A stretch of 64,000 nucleotides of DNA from Sminthopsis crassicaudata (Eukaryota): contig NC_133622.1 of the NCBI RefSeq assembly GCF_048593235.1, forward strand, positions 12,462,001-12,526,000. The letters are read 5' to 3'. The translations under genes and the position numbers were made by a program. This document shows positions 22,396 through 37,114 of this stretch, in pieces; within the stretch, counting starts at the first letter, position 1; every line of letters begins with the position of its first letter. The notes under the pieces were generated by a model, which was given only the letters and a program-made list of their open reading frames with translations, was not told the DNA's origin and searched no databases.

Positions 22396-24059
22396 TATAG
22401 ACTGAATGCTAGTATTTATTCCAAAGTTAGTAAGCTTTCCATTGCATCAGAATGGCTTCCCCTACTTTGGAGAATGGTTGGTTAGTGTTCAAATCTAGAT
22501 TGTATTCATATGAAGATAGTAAAAAATACTAATGAATGCATTGATTTCTAGTAAATATCTACTTTGAGTAGAACACCAAAGGATACCCAGAGAGAGATAC
22601 AAAATAGGTTTCTGATTTCAAGAAGCTTAAATTTTGAGTGAGAAAGTGAAACAAAATAACCCAAAATATAAAACACAGTATTGACTAATTTCAAATGAGT
22701 GGTACTGATACAAAATACTATAAATACTATGTGAATTTGGGAAATTAGTTTGAAATGATGAATAATGGCATACTAGATCCACATAAATGTGAAAATTGCT
22801 ACTGAAAAAATAGTGTTAACATAATTGTAAACACTTAAAATTTTGTTTTCTGGCAGGAAAGTGTTTTTGAGGATTGGAGGAGTATTGTACACAGTGGCAT
22901 AATATTAACCCATCATGATGATTTCATTTTAGGAGATGGGATTTTTCTATAGCCTATCCAAACCTATACAATAAGAAGCAAGGGTATTATGAAGATTTCC
23001 ATGGTTCCATTTTATTTGTTATGTTGTTTCAATCAAAGAAATGGCCTTCTCAGTTTATAGAGACCAATAGAAGCATAAACTGGATACCCTTTAAAAATGT
23101 CTAATGGAGATTAGTGCACATGTTTAGAAGAAATAAAAAAAATGAGTGGTGAAACAGGGGTGGAGAATAGAGAATAGAATCAAGAAATTTAATCTAAGTC
23201 AAAGCACACTACATCTTATTCTTGAGATTTTTTTCCACTATCAATGTTATGAAGAATCTCATTCAGCACTGTGGCAATGGACAGCACTAGTTTCTGTCTT
23301 CTTCAGAATTTCTCCTCCCATTTCTTTGCCCTGAAATGCTAATACATTATTATCAGGCTAGGCTATTATTGATCATTTAAGCATTTTGAATTCCTCAAAA
23401 TGTCAAAGTGGATACAGGTAAGACTGGGAGGAGGAAATGGTTAAGGGGAAGACTATGTCTGTTCTACCAGAATGTCTTCCTTGATATATTAAAGATGCTT
23501 CAAACCCTCAGATATTAATTTTAAAAATTTTGCTTTAGAAATCAAAGAGAAACAAAATATTGAAAACAACAATTTTGTTAGGGAACTGGTCATAATTTCC
23601 ATTTTTTTGTTGTTGTGTAATTTAGAAGTAAAGTTTTAGGACTTGGAATTATAGGTCTGGATTGAAGTTTTGCATCTGATAATTATTAATAATGTGGCCT
23701 TTGAAAAGTCACTTTGTCTCTTTTTATATTTATTTTCACTGAATTATTCATGAAATAATATTTGCACAAGTTACCTCACACAGTTATTATGAGGAAATGG
23801 GAGAAAATAATTTCTTTTTCCCAATTGAAACCTTATGGCATTAATATTAACATCATTTTTTCCTTTTTCTTAGTATTATGTCTATAATTCTTAAAAGTAC
23901 TTCTCAATGAGCCAACAATCTTATCCCTCTTCTTTCCTAAAACACATTCCAGGAAACATAATAAATTCATTAAGAGAACTGCCTAAGCATTCTTGTTCTT
24001 CATCTTACATTGCTTCATTCATTTTTCTCTTTAGCTCAAAGATTATTTGTTTTGTACCA

Positions 24060-24205
24060 AGGTAGAGACCATGGACTCTTTAGAATTATGTTTTTTCAAT
24101 GCATAAAATAAAAAATAGAGATTATAAAAGTAACTAATTATAGTGAACAAGTTATTAAAACATCTTTAAAAATTCACAGACCTGAGGTTAAGAACCTTGC
24201 TCTAG
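24060..24205. mobile_element. hAT-Charlie-type non-autonomous DNA transposon remnant
   Basis: AATGCATAAAATAAAA...GTTATTAAAA...GACCTGAGGTTAAGAACC terminal motif. Confidence 0.65.
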
Positions 24206-25144
24206 ATGTATTTAGCAACACTCAGGTACCCAAAATGGTGCAGCCCATCTTATTGTAGGTAACATCATAGTTCAGCACCATCCACTAAAAAATCCAGGGA
24301 CAGTATTTTGTGTACATAAGATATTGATGACACAGATTCCTATTTTAGATTTTGTTTAAATCTAAGCAAAATACTATAGCAATCAGCCATAGGATTGTTT
24401 AGATTATGTTACAATTACCATTGCTATGTAAAGGAGATGCCCTTTTAAACCACATTTAATATTAAAGACATATTAACCCTCCCAACCTTATAGTGCAATT
24501 GAATAGATTTGGAATGAGCATCTCATCAAATAACATATTGGAGCAGTGTGCTTCCTCTTTTTCTTAGACTCCATATGTTTGGCTTTAAGCAATGCGAATA
24601 GTCTTTCATGTTTCATCTTTTCTTTGGGGGTAAGGCAGACAATAATTCATTTATTATGTTAGAGCTCCAAGGGATACCTTTGCTAAAGCCAATAAAACTT
24701 CCAGCCACCATCCATTCATTTGTATGTTACTCATACTTCTCAAACTGTCAGTATTTGTTGAAATTCTAAGTGACTATTTTAAATGGAAACCTTTGAGTAA
24801 ATCAGCAAATATAAAATATTTTAAAAGCATAATGTATATGATTTCAAACACTGGGGAATTTAGAGAGTTATTTTGATAATGGTAGTAATATATATTCAAT
24901 CCTCATAAATTTACTTAGCTCAAAATGTGATCCTGAGAAATATGAAGTGATATAAAAGGAAATTAAATTAGTTCATGACCTTGAAGAATTTATAGTCTAA
25001 TAGATATAGTAAAGTCTTAATAAAAGTAGTATAGTTTTGGAAGAAGAGGAGCTGAATTGGGATTCGGGGCCCTGAGTTTGAACGGCAGCTTTACTGTATA
25101 TTTCCTCATGACATTGAACAAGTCATTGAAAATCTCAAGGCCTC

Positions 25145-25870
25145 AGTTTCTTTGCCTGTTAAATTCAACATGTACATGACTGAGCTCATTATCTTTCCTC
25201 CTAAATATCCCCTACTTCCCGATAACTATCAAAGTCATCACTATTCTCCAATCCTTCCTACTTCACAAACCAGTGGTTGTCTACAGCTCCTCATTATCCT
25301 TCACTCTCTAATCCTATTTGTTTTCTAAAGCCTTTGTTTTTACCTTTGCAATATCTCACAAATATGCCTTCTTCTCCCCACTGTTGCCTCCCTGGTCCAG
25401 ATCCTCATCACCTCCTGTATAAACTATTCCAATAACCTGTTGGTCAGTTCGTTTGCCTCAAATTTCTCACCTACAATTCATTCTCCATTCAACTGCCAAA
25501 GTGATTTTCCTAAAGTTCACATCTGACCATGTCACTCCTGCCCCCCAAGCCCTGCTCATTAAACTCTGGGGATTCCCTATCATCTCCTAGAAAAAATTAA
25601 AAATCTTTTGGTATTCAAAGCCCTTCATAACCTAGCTCCCATCTTGAATATCTCGTATACCTTTCAATCTAGTGATGCTGGCTTCCTTACTCCTCTTTGA
25701 GCAATTCATTTCACCTCTCAGCTCCAAACAATTGCTCTGGATATGGCCCATGACTGAAATGTTCTCCCTCCCCATCTCTACTTCCTGATATTCCTGCCTT
25801 CATTCTAATTCCTGTTCAAACCATATCTTATGGGGAAGTTTTTATTCTTCTCTTTACTAAAGTCTGACAT
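25145..25870 (+). mobile_element. L2 3' portion
   Basis: AATTCAACATGT...GAGCTCATTATCTTTCC; CTGCCAAAGTGATTTTCCTAAAG...TCTGACCATGTCACTCC; CCATGACTGAAATGTTCTCCCTC. Confidence 0.85.
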
Positions 25871-28086
25871 AGACTTAACTTTCTTTCCTGTCCAATCATA
25901 CAATTTATATTTAGTTTGAAGCTCTACAAACCCCTCAAATTTTAAAATATAAATAGTTACCTATTCCTATCTCTTATATCCTACACTGAGGAGGTTAATT
26001 TTTTGAACCCAAGCATAATATTTTATAATTATCCCAAGATAATTGTACCTTAATTGATAGGATTAATATTTTATTCTTTTGAGACCTTTTTCCACTTATC
26101 TTTGCCATGTAATGGATTAATTATCATAATAGCTTCATGTCATTAGTTAATATAACATTTACATCTTAATCCAAGTTATTGATGTAAAAATGGTAAGTAG
26201 TAAAGGGCCAACATTGATTTCAGAACATTAACTCAAGAGTTCTTTAATCTTGACACCCCACTAAATAATAGTAAGCAAACCGTGATTTGATGGCCTTTAA
26301 AGTCTCTTCCAACTCTAAGCTCCATGAAATCATAACATATGATATTTTGGCCCGCATGGATGGAAAAAACACCCTTACTCCTAAGCTCCTCAATTTCTTA
26401 TGCAAAACTGCAAAAAACTCCAACAACACCTTTTAGGTTCCTTGCATGATTCCCATCTTCTTGAATCATCAGAAGAGGCTCACATATATTCAATTTAATA
26501 AAACCTTGGGAAAACTTCTGACTACCATAATTTCCAAGCTGTTTGGCCTGGGATAGCACTGAACTTTTCTTCAAGTAAGATTGGCTCAATAAATTGCTGT
26601 GTGTCCTTTCTTAAGGAATCATCAGTTACCACTACTTGTCTTCCCTTCACTTGACTTTTACGATTTGATCTTTCACTAGACAGTCCACGTCAACACATTT
26701 GGCCATTCCTGGGAAATCAAGGACTTGCTTTCCTCTCAGGAAGTCCAGCTTGCTAGGAAATTCCCAATATTTAGGGATGTTTCTTTTATCTGTCAGCCCC
26801 CTGATAAGATATGGATTTCTCTCTGATTTCAAATTACTTTTCTTCTGTGGGTTTTATGGTAAAGTCCTTCTTCTATTATTTTAAAGGGATATGTCATTCA
26901 ATCTGATAACCTGAAGAGTGCTGCAACATTTCCCTTTATTTTGTATTCTTGGGGAAAGTACCATGTTTTACTTTGATCACAGTTGACATCTCCTTGGAGA
27001 TGACAGAAAGACAAACATTACTCACTCTATGCAGTTCACTGTCAAATTCTAGGAACCCTGATGTTCATACTTTTTAGAGTCTAGCTCCTCAGTCCTTATT
27101 CATTCTTGCTAGTGATTCTTATAGGTAATAATTATCATGATGTTCATAATTTATTATTCTATCTAAAATTACAGTTTTAGATTATATTTCAAATCAACAG
27201 AGACTATTATTAGCATCAGTTCATGAGCTTCAATAATATAAAATGTTTCTTATGGAATAAATCTTGCAAGGTTTTCTTTTTTTTTCTTTAAAAGGATTAT
27301 ATATTTTATACTAAGTATAACATTTTTATGGATAAATTCTACCCATAAGAAATCTTATAAGAAAGTACATGCTATAAATATTTGCCACCAAAATGAGGCT
27401 ATTACTCTTGGAATCCAATTAATTTCAATTTTCTTATTTTTCCTCACTGCAGTCAGTGAGAAAATTATTGTTATGCTTTTGAGATGGAAAATTATATCCC
27501 CATAATTTATACTTGGCAGTCATCCTGTATTAGAGAAACTTTATTGAAATGCCAGAGGTCTAGTAAAATAAGAATTTCAGGAATTTCATTTCCCTCTTTG
27601 AGTTTTTAAAAGTACATTTAATTATGAATTTTATGCTCCAAACTATAGTAATATAACTTAAAAGTATGTTCACTTTTAAGGGTTAGATATAATTGGATTG
27701 CTAGTTCAGCAATCCTAGTCATATCATTTTTATTACATGGCTAAAGAATCCATTGTGTATAAATACACTCCCCTAGTATTGCTAGAATATACTAATGTAG
27801 AGATTACACAACTACAGTGGTTTATTGAGGTGTACTGTCTCAATTATTGAATGGGCTCCATCTCCCTTCTAACTTAGTTCCTATGAAATGATTGTAGAAA
27901 CACTACACAAGAATCTAAATATTTAACCAGTTTTGTTAGTGCTTCTGATATGAATGATAGAATGATATACATTCTTAGAATGTTATTAGGCTTCTCTTGA
28001 ATTGAAGAGGAGGAATAGAAAAAGAACCTTCCTCAAAAAGGAAAGTACACTGACAATTAAAGGTAGAGAAAATGAATCATTCAAGT

Positions 28087-28305
28087 CTTGGGCAGTTAGG
28101 TGGTACAGTGGGTAGAACACTACATCTGGAGTCAGGAAGACCAGACCTCAAATCCAGCCTCAGAAACTTGTTAGCTGTGCCACTTGGGCAAGTCACTTAT
28201 GTTTGCCTCAGTTCCTCATGTATATATGAGCTGGAGAAGGAAATGGCAAACCAATATAATGTCACAGAGAGTTGGAAATGACTGAAATTATTGAACAACA
28301 ATTCC
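28087..28305 (+). mobile_element. Mar1-type CORE-SINE
   Basis: GGGCAGTTAGGTGGTACAGTGG head, GGGCAAGTCACTT core, GAGCTGGAGAAGGAAATGGCAAACCA RTE-type tail. Confidence 0.85.
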
Positions 28306-28939
28306 ATTTTTCCCTTGCTCTTTTTTCTTCAGCCTCAGAAAAGAACCCTTGGACTAGTGAGCATAGAAAAAAAGTGACTAATAGATAACTGAAACCCTAA
28401 GTAGAAAGGAAACAAAAAAGCACCTCTCTGACTTTGATATTCTTAAGCTACTAAGTCCAGACAAACTACATCCAAGGGACTGAAAGAAGAAGGAGCCTCT
28501 TCCAGTGTCCTTCAACATAGAGATTTTTGCTGTCACTGGATAATTGAATTGCCAATCACATATATCCTAGCATGCATGTCAGACAATAAAAAAAAAAAAA
28601 AAAAAAACAGGCACTGATTGTGCTAATGTTGGCTTTTTGAAAAATAGATGGTTTATTACTATATTTTTCAGGTGTCCCATTAAGGTGTAATAAGAATACT
28701 TTATTGGGTTAAGGAATTTCCCATGATGTCTGTGTCCAGCTTACTTATACAAAGCTGTGGTTTGAGGTAAAGTTCTATGTTAATATTGTTGGAAATAGGG
28801 AGGAAGGAAAGGTTCTCAAGCATGTAGAGTGGAATGATGAGTTATGGAAAATTTATTGATTTCAGGTAAGTAAGGAGTAATGTTTGAATCAAGCCAGATC
28901 AAAAATTGCCTGAAGATGCTGACCAGGATTGTAGTATGA

Positions 28940-29170
28940 AATAATTTACATATTAATCAATAGTTTAAAAGTACCTACTATGTATCAGACACTGTGGAAA
29001 GTGCTGAGGTTGCAAAAAAGGAAAATAATCACCCCTGCACTCAAAGAGCTCTGGGTCAAATGGAGAAGAATATATGTAAACACTATGTACAAGCAATACT
29101 AGATAGGTGGATAAGTAAATAGCTAGATGGATATTTAGATAGATAGTTATACAAAATAAATTGGAGATAA
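28940..29170 (-). mobile_element. L2 3' end
   Basis: AAGTACCTACTATGTATCAGACACTGTG...CCCTGCACTCAAAGAGCT. Confidence 0.7.
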
Positions 29171-32100
29171 TAATTTATGTTAACAACAGACAGGATATTT
29201 ACCTATAATTTACATATACTTGCATATATACATCTGGTACTATTTACAAACTCTACATTATTATTTTATATAAAAATATCAATATCATCATAAAATGCTT
29301 TGGTTGCTGCTGTTATTATTACTGTCACCATTTTACTGAGGAAAGTATAAAATGTAAATCCAATAGGGAAATATCTACATTTCCTGGGATGACTGGCCAT
29401 ACCACAAGGTTTGATTACAAAAGAGAAAGGACGACATTTTCCATGAGGCACTAGTATCTAGCTGTTGATTGAACAGATTTTTAATAAAGAGTAGGATGGT
29501 TTTTAGGAGGGAAAGAGCCTGTGACAACCTAAAGTTTCAAGCCTCCCTCCCCCCAATTTTAATTGTAGAGAGACTATCACAAGTATCTTCTTTTGAAACA
29601 GTGAAGTTTTGGAGGTGTTCTAGATACAAACTACTATAGGATCAAAGAATATGAACAATGTACTTGCTGAGAATATGAAAAAAGGATTTTTTGTTTTGCT
29701 TATTTTGTATTTCTGTCCTTAATAAATGTGTTCCTGATTCTGGACTGTCCTTTTTCTGTGTCTATCAACTTGGGTCTGGTATGCAGTTGCCACCATAACT
29801 AATATCAGAAGTTCCCATTTAATAACTGAGGGGCAAACATGGGACAGAGAGGTGAGTTACCATTAAGCAAGATATGAACCCCCAAACGAACTGTTCATAA
29901 CATGGTCTATATAAATATGAAATCCCTAAATATCATGTTACTCTGAAATGAGAAAGTAAGATTTCAAAGAGAATATTTGTGACTATTTATTGTACATTAA
30001 TAAACACTTATTTTACATTCTGAACCTCCATTTCCATGGACTTAGCTGCTTTACTAAAAACTGATCTACATGCAGAGTTAAGAGTGATTTAGAAACTAGA
30101 ACATCTGGGTTTTTCTTCTCGAGCTCCTAATGAGACAACTAATGGTGTTTACAGAATGATGAACATTTGCCCTCCCTTCGTAAGACTGAAGAAAACATGA
30201 AGCATAATATAATTTAGTATTTAATCTTGCTGCTTTCAAAGGTGACTGGAGAGAGCTCCCAAAAAAGAATCTAATCTAATTTGTAGAATACCCTCCTTTC
30301 CATTTTTTGAAAACTACAGAATTTTATCAAGAATGAGATCCTTTTTATTGCTAAATCCTTTTAAACCCTCAATGTTTTCTGTTCTTTGAAAGATGCTCTT
30401 TCCATACTTGATACTATTTTAAAATTTTCTTAGTTTATTTACAGAAAATTCCCCACTATCTGACTAGCCCCACTTTCTGACGCTGTCAGGAAAAAAAAAA
30501 GTCAAGAAAACTCTATGGCTTGTGATAGTAGAAGTGAATATTTCCCTATCTTTCTAGTCTCTCTAATCCAATGCAAATTAGAAGTGTAATTATATTTAAA
30601 TACTGCTGCTGCTCTAATTCTCATTCTTTACAGCACTAAATTCTGAATCTGAAAGGTTTTTAAAAGAAACATTGAATTAAAGAGTAAATATTTTGAAAAG
30701 GAAAGGTTCTGTTTGTCACCAATAATCCTTCCCTGGCTAGAAGAGAGAGAGAAAAAAAGTTAAGTCCTAGTGGATCAGAGAATACTGGCTTTCAAGAATA
30801 ATAACATTGCATAGAAATTCAATCTCCTAGTTTTTCTTTCCAAGTGATCCCTGCATGAATTCTATTTCTTTGTCATTTATTAGAGAGAGAAGCCAAACAT
30901 CCCTATAGGGAATCTTTTACTGCAAGCAAAGGGATATTCTGAACAAAGATGGAATTTGATGGGAGGCACATGTATTGTGGAGAAAATAATGACACATTTC
31001 TTAGCCTGCAATCAGTTTAGTTTCTGCCAAAATTGTTCTTGTATGTGATAGCAGAGATTTGGGAAGGGAAAGAAATTATTGTTACTGTGACTCTCTTAGT
31101 AGTATTTTATCTTGAGCCTTCTAAATTAAAGGTACTAAAAACTGGAATCTTGAATCTATTTTAATAGATAATATTTTGCATAGTAGATAAAAAGTGCTCA
31201 TAATTTTAAGCATCATAAATGTAATATGAATATACAAATGGACTATGTATAAAACACTCTAAACTTCTCAGTGATTCCTAATAACATTGTAAACCAGGTG
31301 CTTATCTGGGAGTTCTAGGGCCACCTAACTTTTTAATAGCTTTATTAGCATCAGCTGCCATTTCAAGATGATTAATAAAAACTCTAGCTGCATTATGAAA
31401 ACAAATGTAAGGCAGGAAAATGTGCAACTTGGCTGAGAAGTAGAGGTAATGCTAGTTATTAGGCAATGAGAAAACTTGGATTCATAGGCTCCCAAACGAA
31501 ACAAACCCATGCTGTTTTAACATGACCAGCAACCATTTAAAATACATTGATTTTTCAATGATCTATTTCTGTGTTGCTAAGTGATGAATGAAGGTAATCT
31601 GGGGCATGTCTTGGCACAATTCAAAGAGATGCTTCTATGATGTCAACTTTATTTTTGAGGCTTGATTTGCTATTCTCCTTGTTTTCTTTTTGTTATGGCA
31701 ACTCATCTTTTCAAAGTGTTTCATCTCCTGTATTATTTTGTGTTTCCATGTTTAGTCAACCTGGACCATAAGTCCCTGCTTCTGTCTAGCTAACAATATT
31801 TTAAATTACTCTTCGGAAGATCTCGGTTACTTTTCAAGAGTGAGTGAGAGGTTCTTTTTTGGATATCATCTTTTACAATTCTCTGAGAGCAATGCTTGGT
31901 TTGGGAGTTTAGGATGAGGTGCCTGGTTAAACTCAAGACAAATTCTTGTTGCCTTAGTAACAAATCTCTACTATACTGAGTACTCAAAACATGCTTGTTA
32001 GGCTGTAGTGGGTTGGAATGGATTGGAAAAGGTTGCGAATTCTGTCAACAGCACTTAGAATATTTTTAAACTTTCTTGTAGTACCAGAAAGCTTGTGCTC

Positions 32101-32665
32101 TGTGTATTGGTATATGTCTAATAGGTTTGCAATAAAGGTCAATGACATATAGCTAATTTTAATATACTCATTTATTCAAAGGTCTTTGTTTGCTAGCTCA
32201 GTCAATTTCATTGATGATGGAAGGGGAAAGATGACAACCAAAAAACTGAGAGGTGAGAGAATAAAGAAAGAAATGCAACTCTCTTGGTATTCAGCTCAGA
32301 AGTTAAGGAGATTAAGACTGGAGGGAAGAAAAAAAAGAAAAAAAATGGAATCCATTTAGGAGGCGGTGATGGATGTCTAGCTAAAAATTATCTGTTTCCA
32401 ATGGCACATATTTGGCAAGGCCAGGAAGACAACATATGGTCATGGCAAAATGTAAAATCCATCATACAATGTTGAGAGGTTGACCCTGTGATCATGGTCC
32501 CTGGGAATTATTCTTCTCTTTTTAGATGTTATGACTGAGAATGGAGATCTCCTTAAATGTGACTTAAGAGTGGGCTAGATGTGCTGAGAAATAATTGGAA
32601 TATTTTCTTTGGTTCTTATCCTTGTGGAAATACTTCACTTTCTTTCTCTATTTTTGTACATGTGT

Positions 32666-32706
<41 letters not shown>
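32666..32706. repeat. (CA)n microsatellite
   Basis: Direct reading. Confidence 0.95.
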
Positions 32707-32711
<5 letters not shown>

Positions 32712-35551
32712 CCATGACCAGAGTTTTCAAAAGCTCTGGGAGTTTTTGCAATGTTGTTTTGCAATAAGTGATATAATGAGGAGAGAGTGAGGCAGTCTTC
32801 AGAACTTCATGAAAAAGTTTCTTTTATTTTTGTATTTTTGTTAGGAGTGATCCTGATTCTGCTGAAACCCCTGTTAATTCAGGTTTGAGGTTGGGATGAA
32901 GAAAGGCCATTAAGCAGCTTATTTTAAAGAGATTTAAATCTAGTTTTGGCTTAGCTAGGACATTCAACAACAATATACTTCCAATTGGTTCAGGTGGATC
33001 CTCTCCTTTTTCTCCCCCCAACCTTTGTCTCCCTACGGAAATTCATCTAATTATAGGGCACAATCGGTAGTAATTCTTATGGTCTTGGGATATCCATCAA
33101 GTCTGAAAGGTCCCAACCTGTAGAGAGACCTTTTTATCCCTTCGTTAGAAGGAAATCATGTCAGAGCAGTCAGAACCTTGTTGCCTCAAGGAAGACTCAG
33201 ATCGAGCTTTGCCAGTCTCCAGCTGATCAAGACCTGCCTTTGTCAAGTTCCAAGGAGAAGCTAGCCTGACAGATGGAGAGAGAAAGGAAACCTTGATGGA
33301 CACTGGTGATATCCCCAGGAAAGAGCGCTCAAAGATCAACACATAATTAAAGGTAGCTTGTTGGGCTCCTGAAGCTGCTTCTAGCACATCATTATCAAGC
33401 AAGCTCAGATGAGCCCAGGTTTTCAGTGGCTAAGCCAACTGAGTGCAAGTTTTTGTATGAGTGTCCACTGCCATCAGGGGCTTCTGGAGTTGAGAGTAGA
33501 CAGAATCTGAGTTCTTGATGAACTAGTATTTAGTAGCTGAAATAGCCACAGGAATCTTACTTCTTTCTGACTATTTGAGATAAAGAGTATTTCAGCATCA
33601 GACCTCTGTGGGCAGAGGACCTATCAAATGGAAATAATCCATCCAAAGGGTGGCAGCATCCCTTCTTGAAGACTGGGACTTGTTTTGATTCCCTCTTTGT
33701 GTCCTTTGTGCCTAGCTCAGTGTCATACACACAGCAGCCACCTAAGAAATGCTGCATGGATTGAATTTGTGAATGATGTATAAAAAAAATACGGGCACAA
33801 CTCCATAGGTTGAAGAGGCACATTCAGGTGGCCATATGTGATAGTAAAAGGAGTACCCACATTGATGAAATCATAGATTTTCAAAATATTAATTCATTTC
33901 TTCATCCTCTTTTCATGGCTCCTTTCACCTCTATCCTCAAATCTCTATCCTACAATCTCTAACTGCTTTAATTTATGTTATATGGATTGAATACTTTTAT
34001 AGGATTTATTTTAAATTTTAAGACAGGTGAATGGGTCATTTTGTAATTTTGAAAACTAAAAGGTATTAGCATCAAAATACTTTGTTACTTGTTGATCTCT
34101 TAATTGACTCATCTTCAGCATCAGTTGCCTTCAATAGAAAGAAAGCAAATCCCTCACCCATATTTTAGGACACTAACCAGAAATTAGAGCAATGGTAAGA
34201 TATTTAGTCTTTTTTTCCTCTATGAAACTCCTGATTTGAAAAATTAAGCATAGATTTTCTTTAAAAATAAGAACTAATAACATAAATTTACTAGAGATAG
34301 TGTACATAATTCAGAGCATAAAATGCATCCATCATGAAAAATACTAGTGAAAAAGTTCTCTATAAAAAGAGGATAATGTCTGGGTCATTTTGATCAGTGT
34401 AGCCAAGTTAGCAAGAGAAATATATAAAAATACATCTATTTTTCTCAAGAAAATGGCTATGATTGTTTTTTTCAATTTAAGTGATTTTAATGGATTTTTA
34501 GGTGGCAATTACTGGTTGTTTTAATTGCTTTCATTATATATACTTAAGCTTTCTTTTATGAGTCACCGCTGGACTCAGGAGACAGTAAAGATTGAAGTTC
34601 AGTTCCATAATTATCCAAGTAAAATGTAAAAAATGGCTTGACTTGATGGCTGAGAGAGTATTGAATAAGAGTATTAAACTTGAAATCTATTTTATCAGTC
34701 TTGGGGCTGCTGATATTAAGGAGTGGCAGAAAAATCTCATGCCACGCGCTGAAAATGTACAACTTTTGATGTTAGTTTTTTGGTAATTGTATCCCCAGTG
34801 CCTAGCACAAAGTCTAGCCTCTTGGAGGAGTTTGCAGAGTTTCATAGATATGAAAGGCTGATGGATTGCTGTTCTGAGACTTGTTTTATTGTGACCTAAA
34901 TATTATGATAATGGAGTGACATGAAGACCAACATTTGACATAAGAAAAATCATGCGGTGTTTCTTAACATAACTCCTGATAATTAACCAGAGAAGTAAAA
35001 TGTTTCTTTGACCTTCTTCATCCTCCATTATGTAAATGGGCAGGATGAATTATGAATGATGAATTTGTGATGTCAATTATTTGTTTACACAAAAGCGGGC
35101 CCTGGCAGCTCCAAGAGGCATAAACCTAAATTCTATGAGCTATTTTAAGCAATGCAAACAGTAAGGTTAGATTAAAAAACACTTTGCTTAATTAAATTTC
35201 ATCAGATTTCTTGCTGGGGTGACTTGCTTGTTTTTCTCCCATTCTGCCTGCTCAGTAATAATAAATCATTAATTTCAGTAACCCTAGACAACTCTATTCT
35301 TTTAAAGTTTTCTCAGACACACAGTGGGAAAGTTTAAGAGGGAGTGCTTGCTGTAATTACCTCAGACCTTGCATTAATCTGGTTTTACATATATCTTCTT
35401 TAAATCTGCAAAATCTCAGAATATTTCATATATATTTAACTGTGATACTTTCCCCTCAACTCAGTCTTAAGGGTTCTGTTATTTTTCAACTCTAGGGAAC
35501 TTCCTTGCTCATTTGCTCACATTTATTTAGTCTTTTAAATTTTACAATGCA

Positions 35552-35689
35552 GGGGCAGCTAGATGGTATAGTGGTTAGAGCACCCGCCCTAAAGTCAGGA
35601 GGACCTGAATTCAAATTTGACCTCAGACATTTAATACTTTCTATGTGACCCTGTGCAAGTCACTTAACCCCATTTGCTTCAGAAAAAAA
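35552..35689 (+). mobile_element. Full-length WSINE1-type SINE
   Basis: GGGGCAGCTAGATGGTATAGTGGTTAGAGCACC...GAGGACCTGAATTCAAAT...GTGACCCTGTGCAAGTCACTTAACCCCATTTGC plus an A tail. Confidence 0.9.
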
Positions 35690-35749
35690 GGAGCTTTTCC
35701 ATCTGTCCCTTTCTTATCCCTCAGCCAACCACAAAAACTGGTGCTGTTA

Positions 35750-36140
35750 AAGGTGTTTCCTACTCTGCCTCAAACTTTTTTCTAGTCTTGTGTCATTCTA
35801 TCCTTCTTTTATCCAGGAAAACTGGGCTACTTTCCTTCTACCATGTAGTTTCTGTGCGGGCTTTATGATTACAATCCCCACCATCTTTCTAGGTTCAGTT
35901 CAGCTGTCACTTCCTTCATAAAACTTCCCCTGTCTCTTCTGGCTAAATGTGTCTTTTCCTCCCTCACTTTATTTTTCTGGAGCATTTTGTCTAGAAAGTC
36001 CATAGATCCTATTTCATTATGTGTATGTTATATTTCCCTAGGGATTTGTAAGTCTCTTGAAAGTAACGACTTGTGTCATTATTCACTCTTAGAGGCAAAG
36101 TGTCCAACAAAATCTCCTGTAAATAATGGGCACTTAATGT
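35750..36140 (+). mobile_element. L2 3' end
   Basis: AAAACTTCCCCTG, TTGTAAGTCTCTTGAAAG and GGCACTTAAT L2 terminal motifs. Confidence 0.65.
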
Positions 36141-36339
36141 GTGTTCCATGCAGTTTGGGATGTGTAACAAAGATAATAAAGCTCAAAAGCAACAGGCTTT
36201 GCTATTTAGATGTTTATAATCTATTAAAGGAAAGTTAAGGGATGTGTACCAACAAGGATGAGACAACAATGGTAGAATTTGGTAAATGCAGAGGAATACA
36301 GCCAAAATGACATGAGAAATACAAGGGAGAAACTACTTC

Positions 36340-37110
36340 CAATCCAATTTAATGTACCTTAATCAAGCACCTACTATGTGCTGGGCACTATAAATACTGG
36401 GGATATAATTAATAAATAGACATCTCCTGTCCTTCAAAAGTTTGTTATTATTATTTTTTTAACAAAAGCTTATAATCTAATAGATGGGGAGATAATGTAC
36501 AAAAAGAAGGAAGGGCAGGAAGCAGGAATCTTGTTCTGTGGAACTGAGACCAATCCAAGCAGCAGAAACAAAGTGGAGTGAGCTGGGAGGACTCTTGTCC
36601 TCTGGTAAGGAAGACTATGGGAGGAGCTTGGTACTGAGCTCTCCAGTAGGGAGAAGACTGGGGGACACAGTATCCTAACAGTCAAGGCTAGAATTACCAG
36701 CGGGATGATGAGAGGTAATAGGCTTTCCCTGGGAGAGTTGTGTTCCATGGAGAGCTGCAGATGTGGAAAACTTCACAAAGGAAGTAGCACTACTTGAGAT
36801 GAACCTTGGGAAGTGATAATAATTGACTTTAATCATGGGGAGAGAGAAAAGTCAAAGATGGCATAGAAGGAAGAAGAATGCTGGGGCCGTCAAAAATTAT
36901 TAGGCAAGTTGGGGAAATGGGAAGGACCTTTGAATAAGAAGGAAGAGAGGGTGATTACTTCCATTTTGGATTTGTTGAGTTCAAAATGATGACATGACAA
37001 AAAAGTAAAGATAACTGAAAATGTGAGCTTAAAACTAGATATTTAGACTAGAGAGGGATATCTAAGTCATCTAGATGTATATCAGAAACCATGGGAATAG
37101 AGATGTGTCC
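36340..37110 (-). mobile_element. L2 fragment
   Basis: AAGCACCTACTATGTGCTGGGCAC tail; TTTTGGATTTGTTGAGTTC internal motif. Confidence 0.75.
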
Positions 37111-37114
37111 TGAG

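Noticed and set aside
28585-28607. AATAAA plus 20-A tract as a possible retrocopy tail
   Set aside because: No upstream ORF, no recognisable mRNA or TE body, and no target-site duplication.
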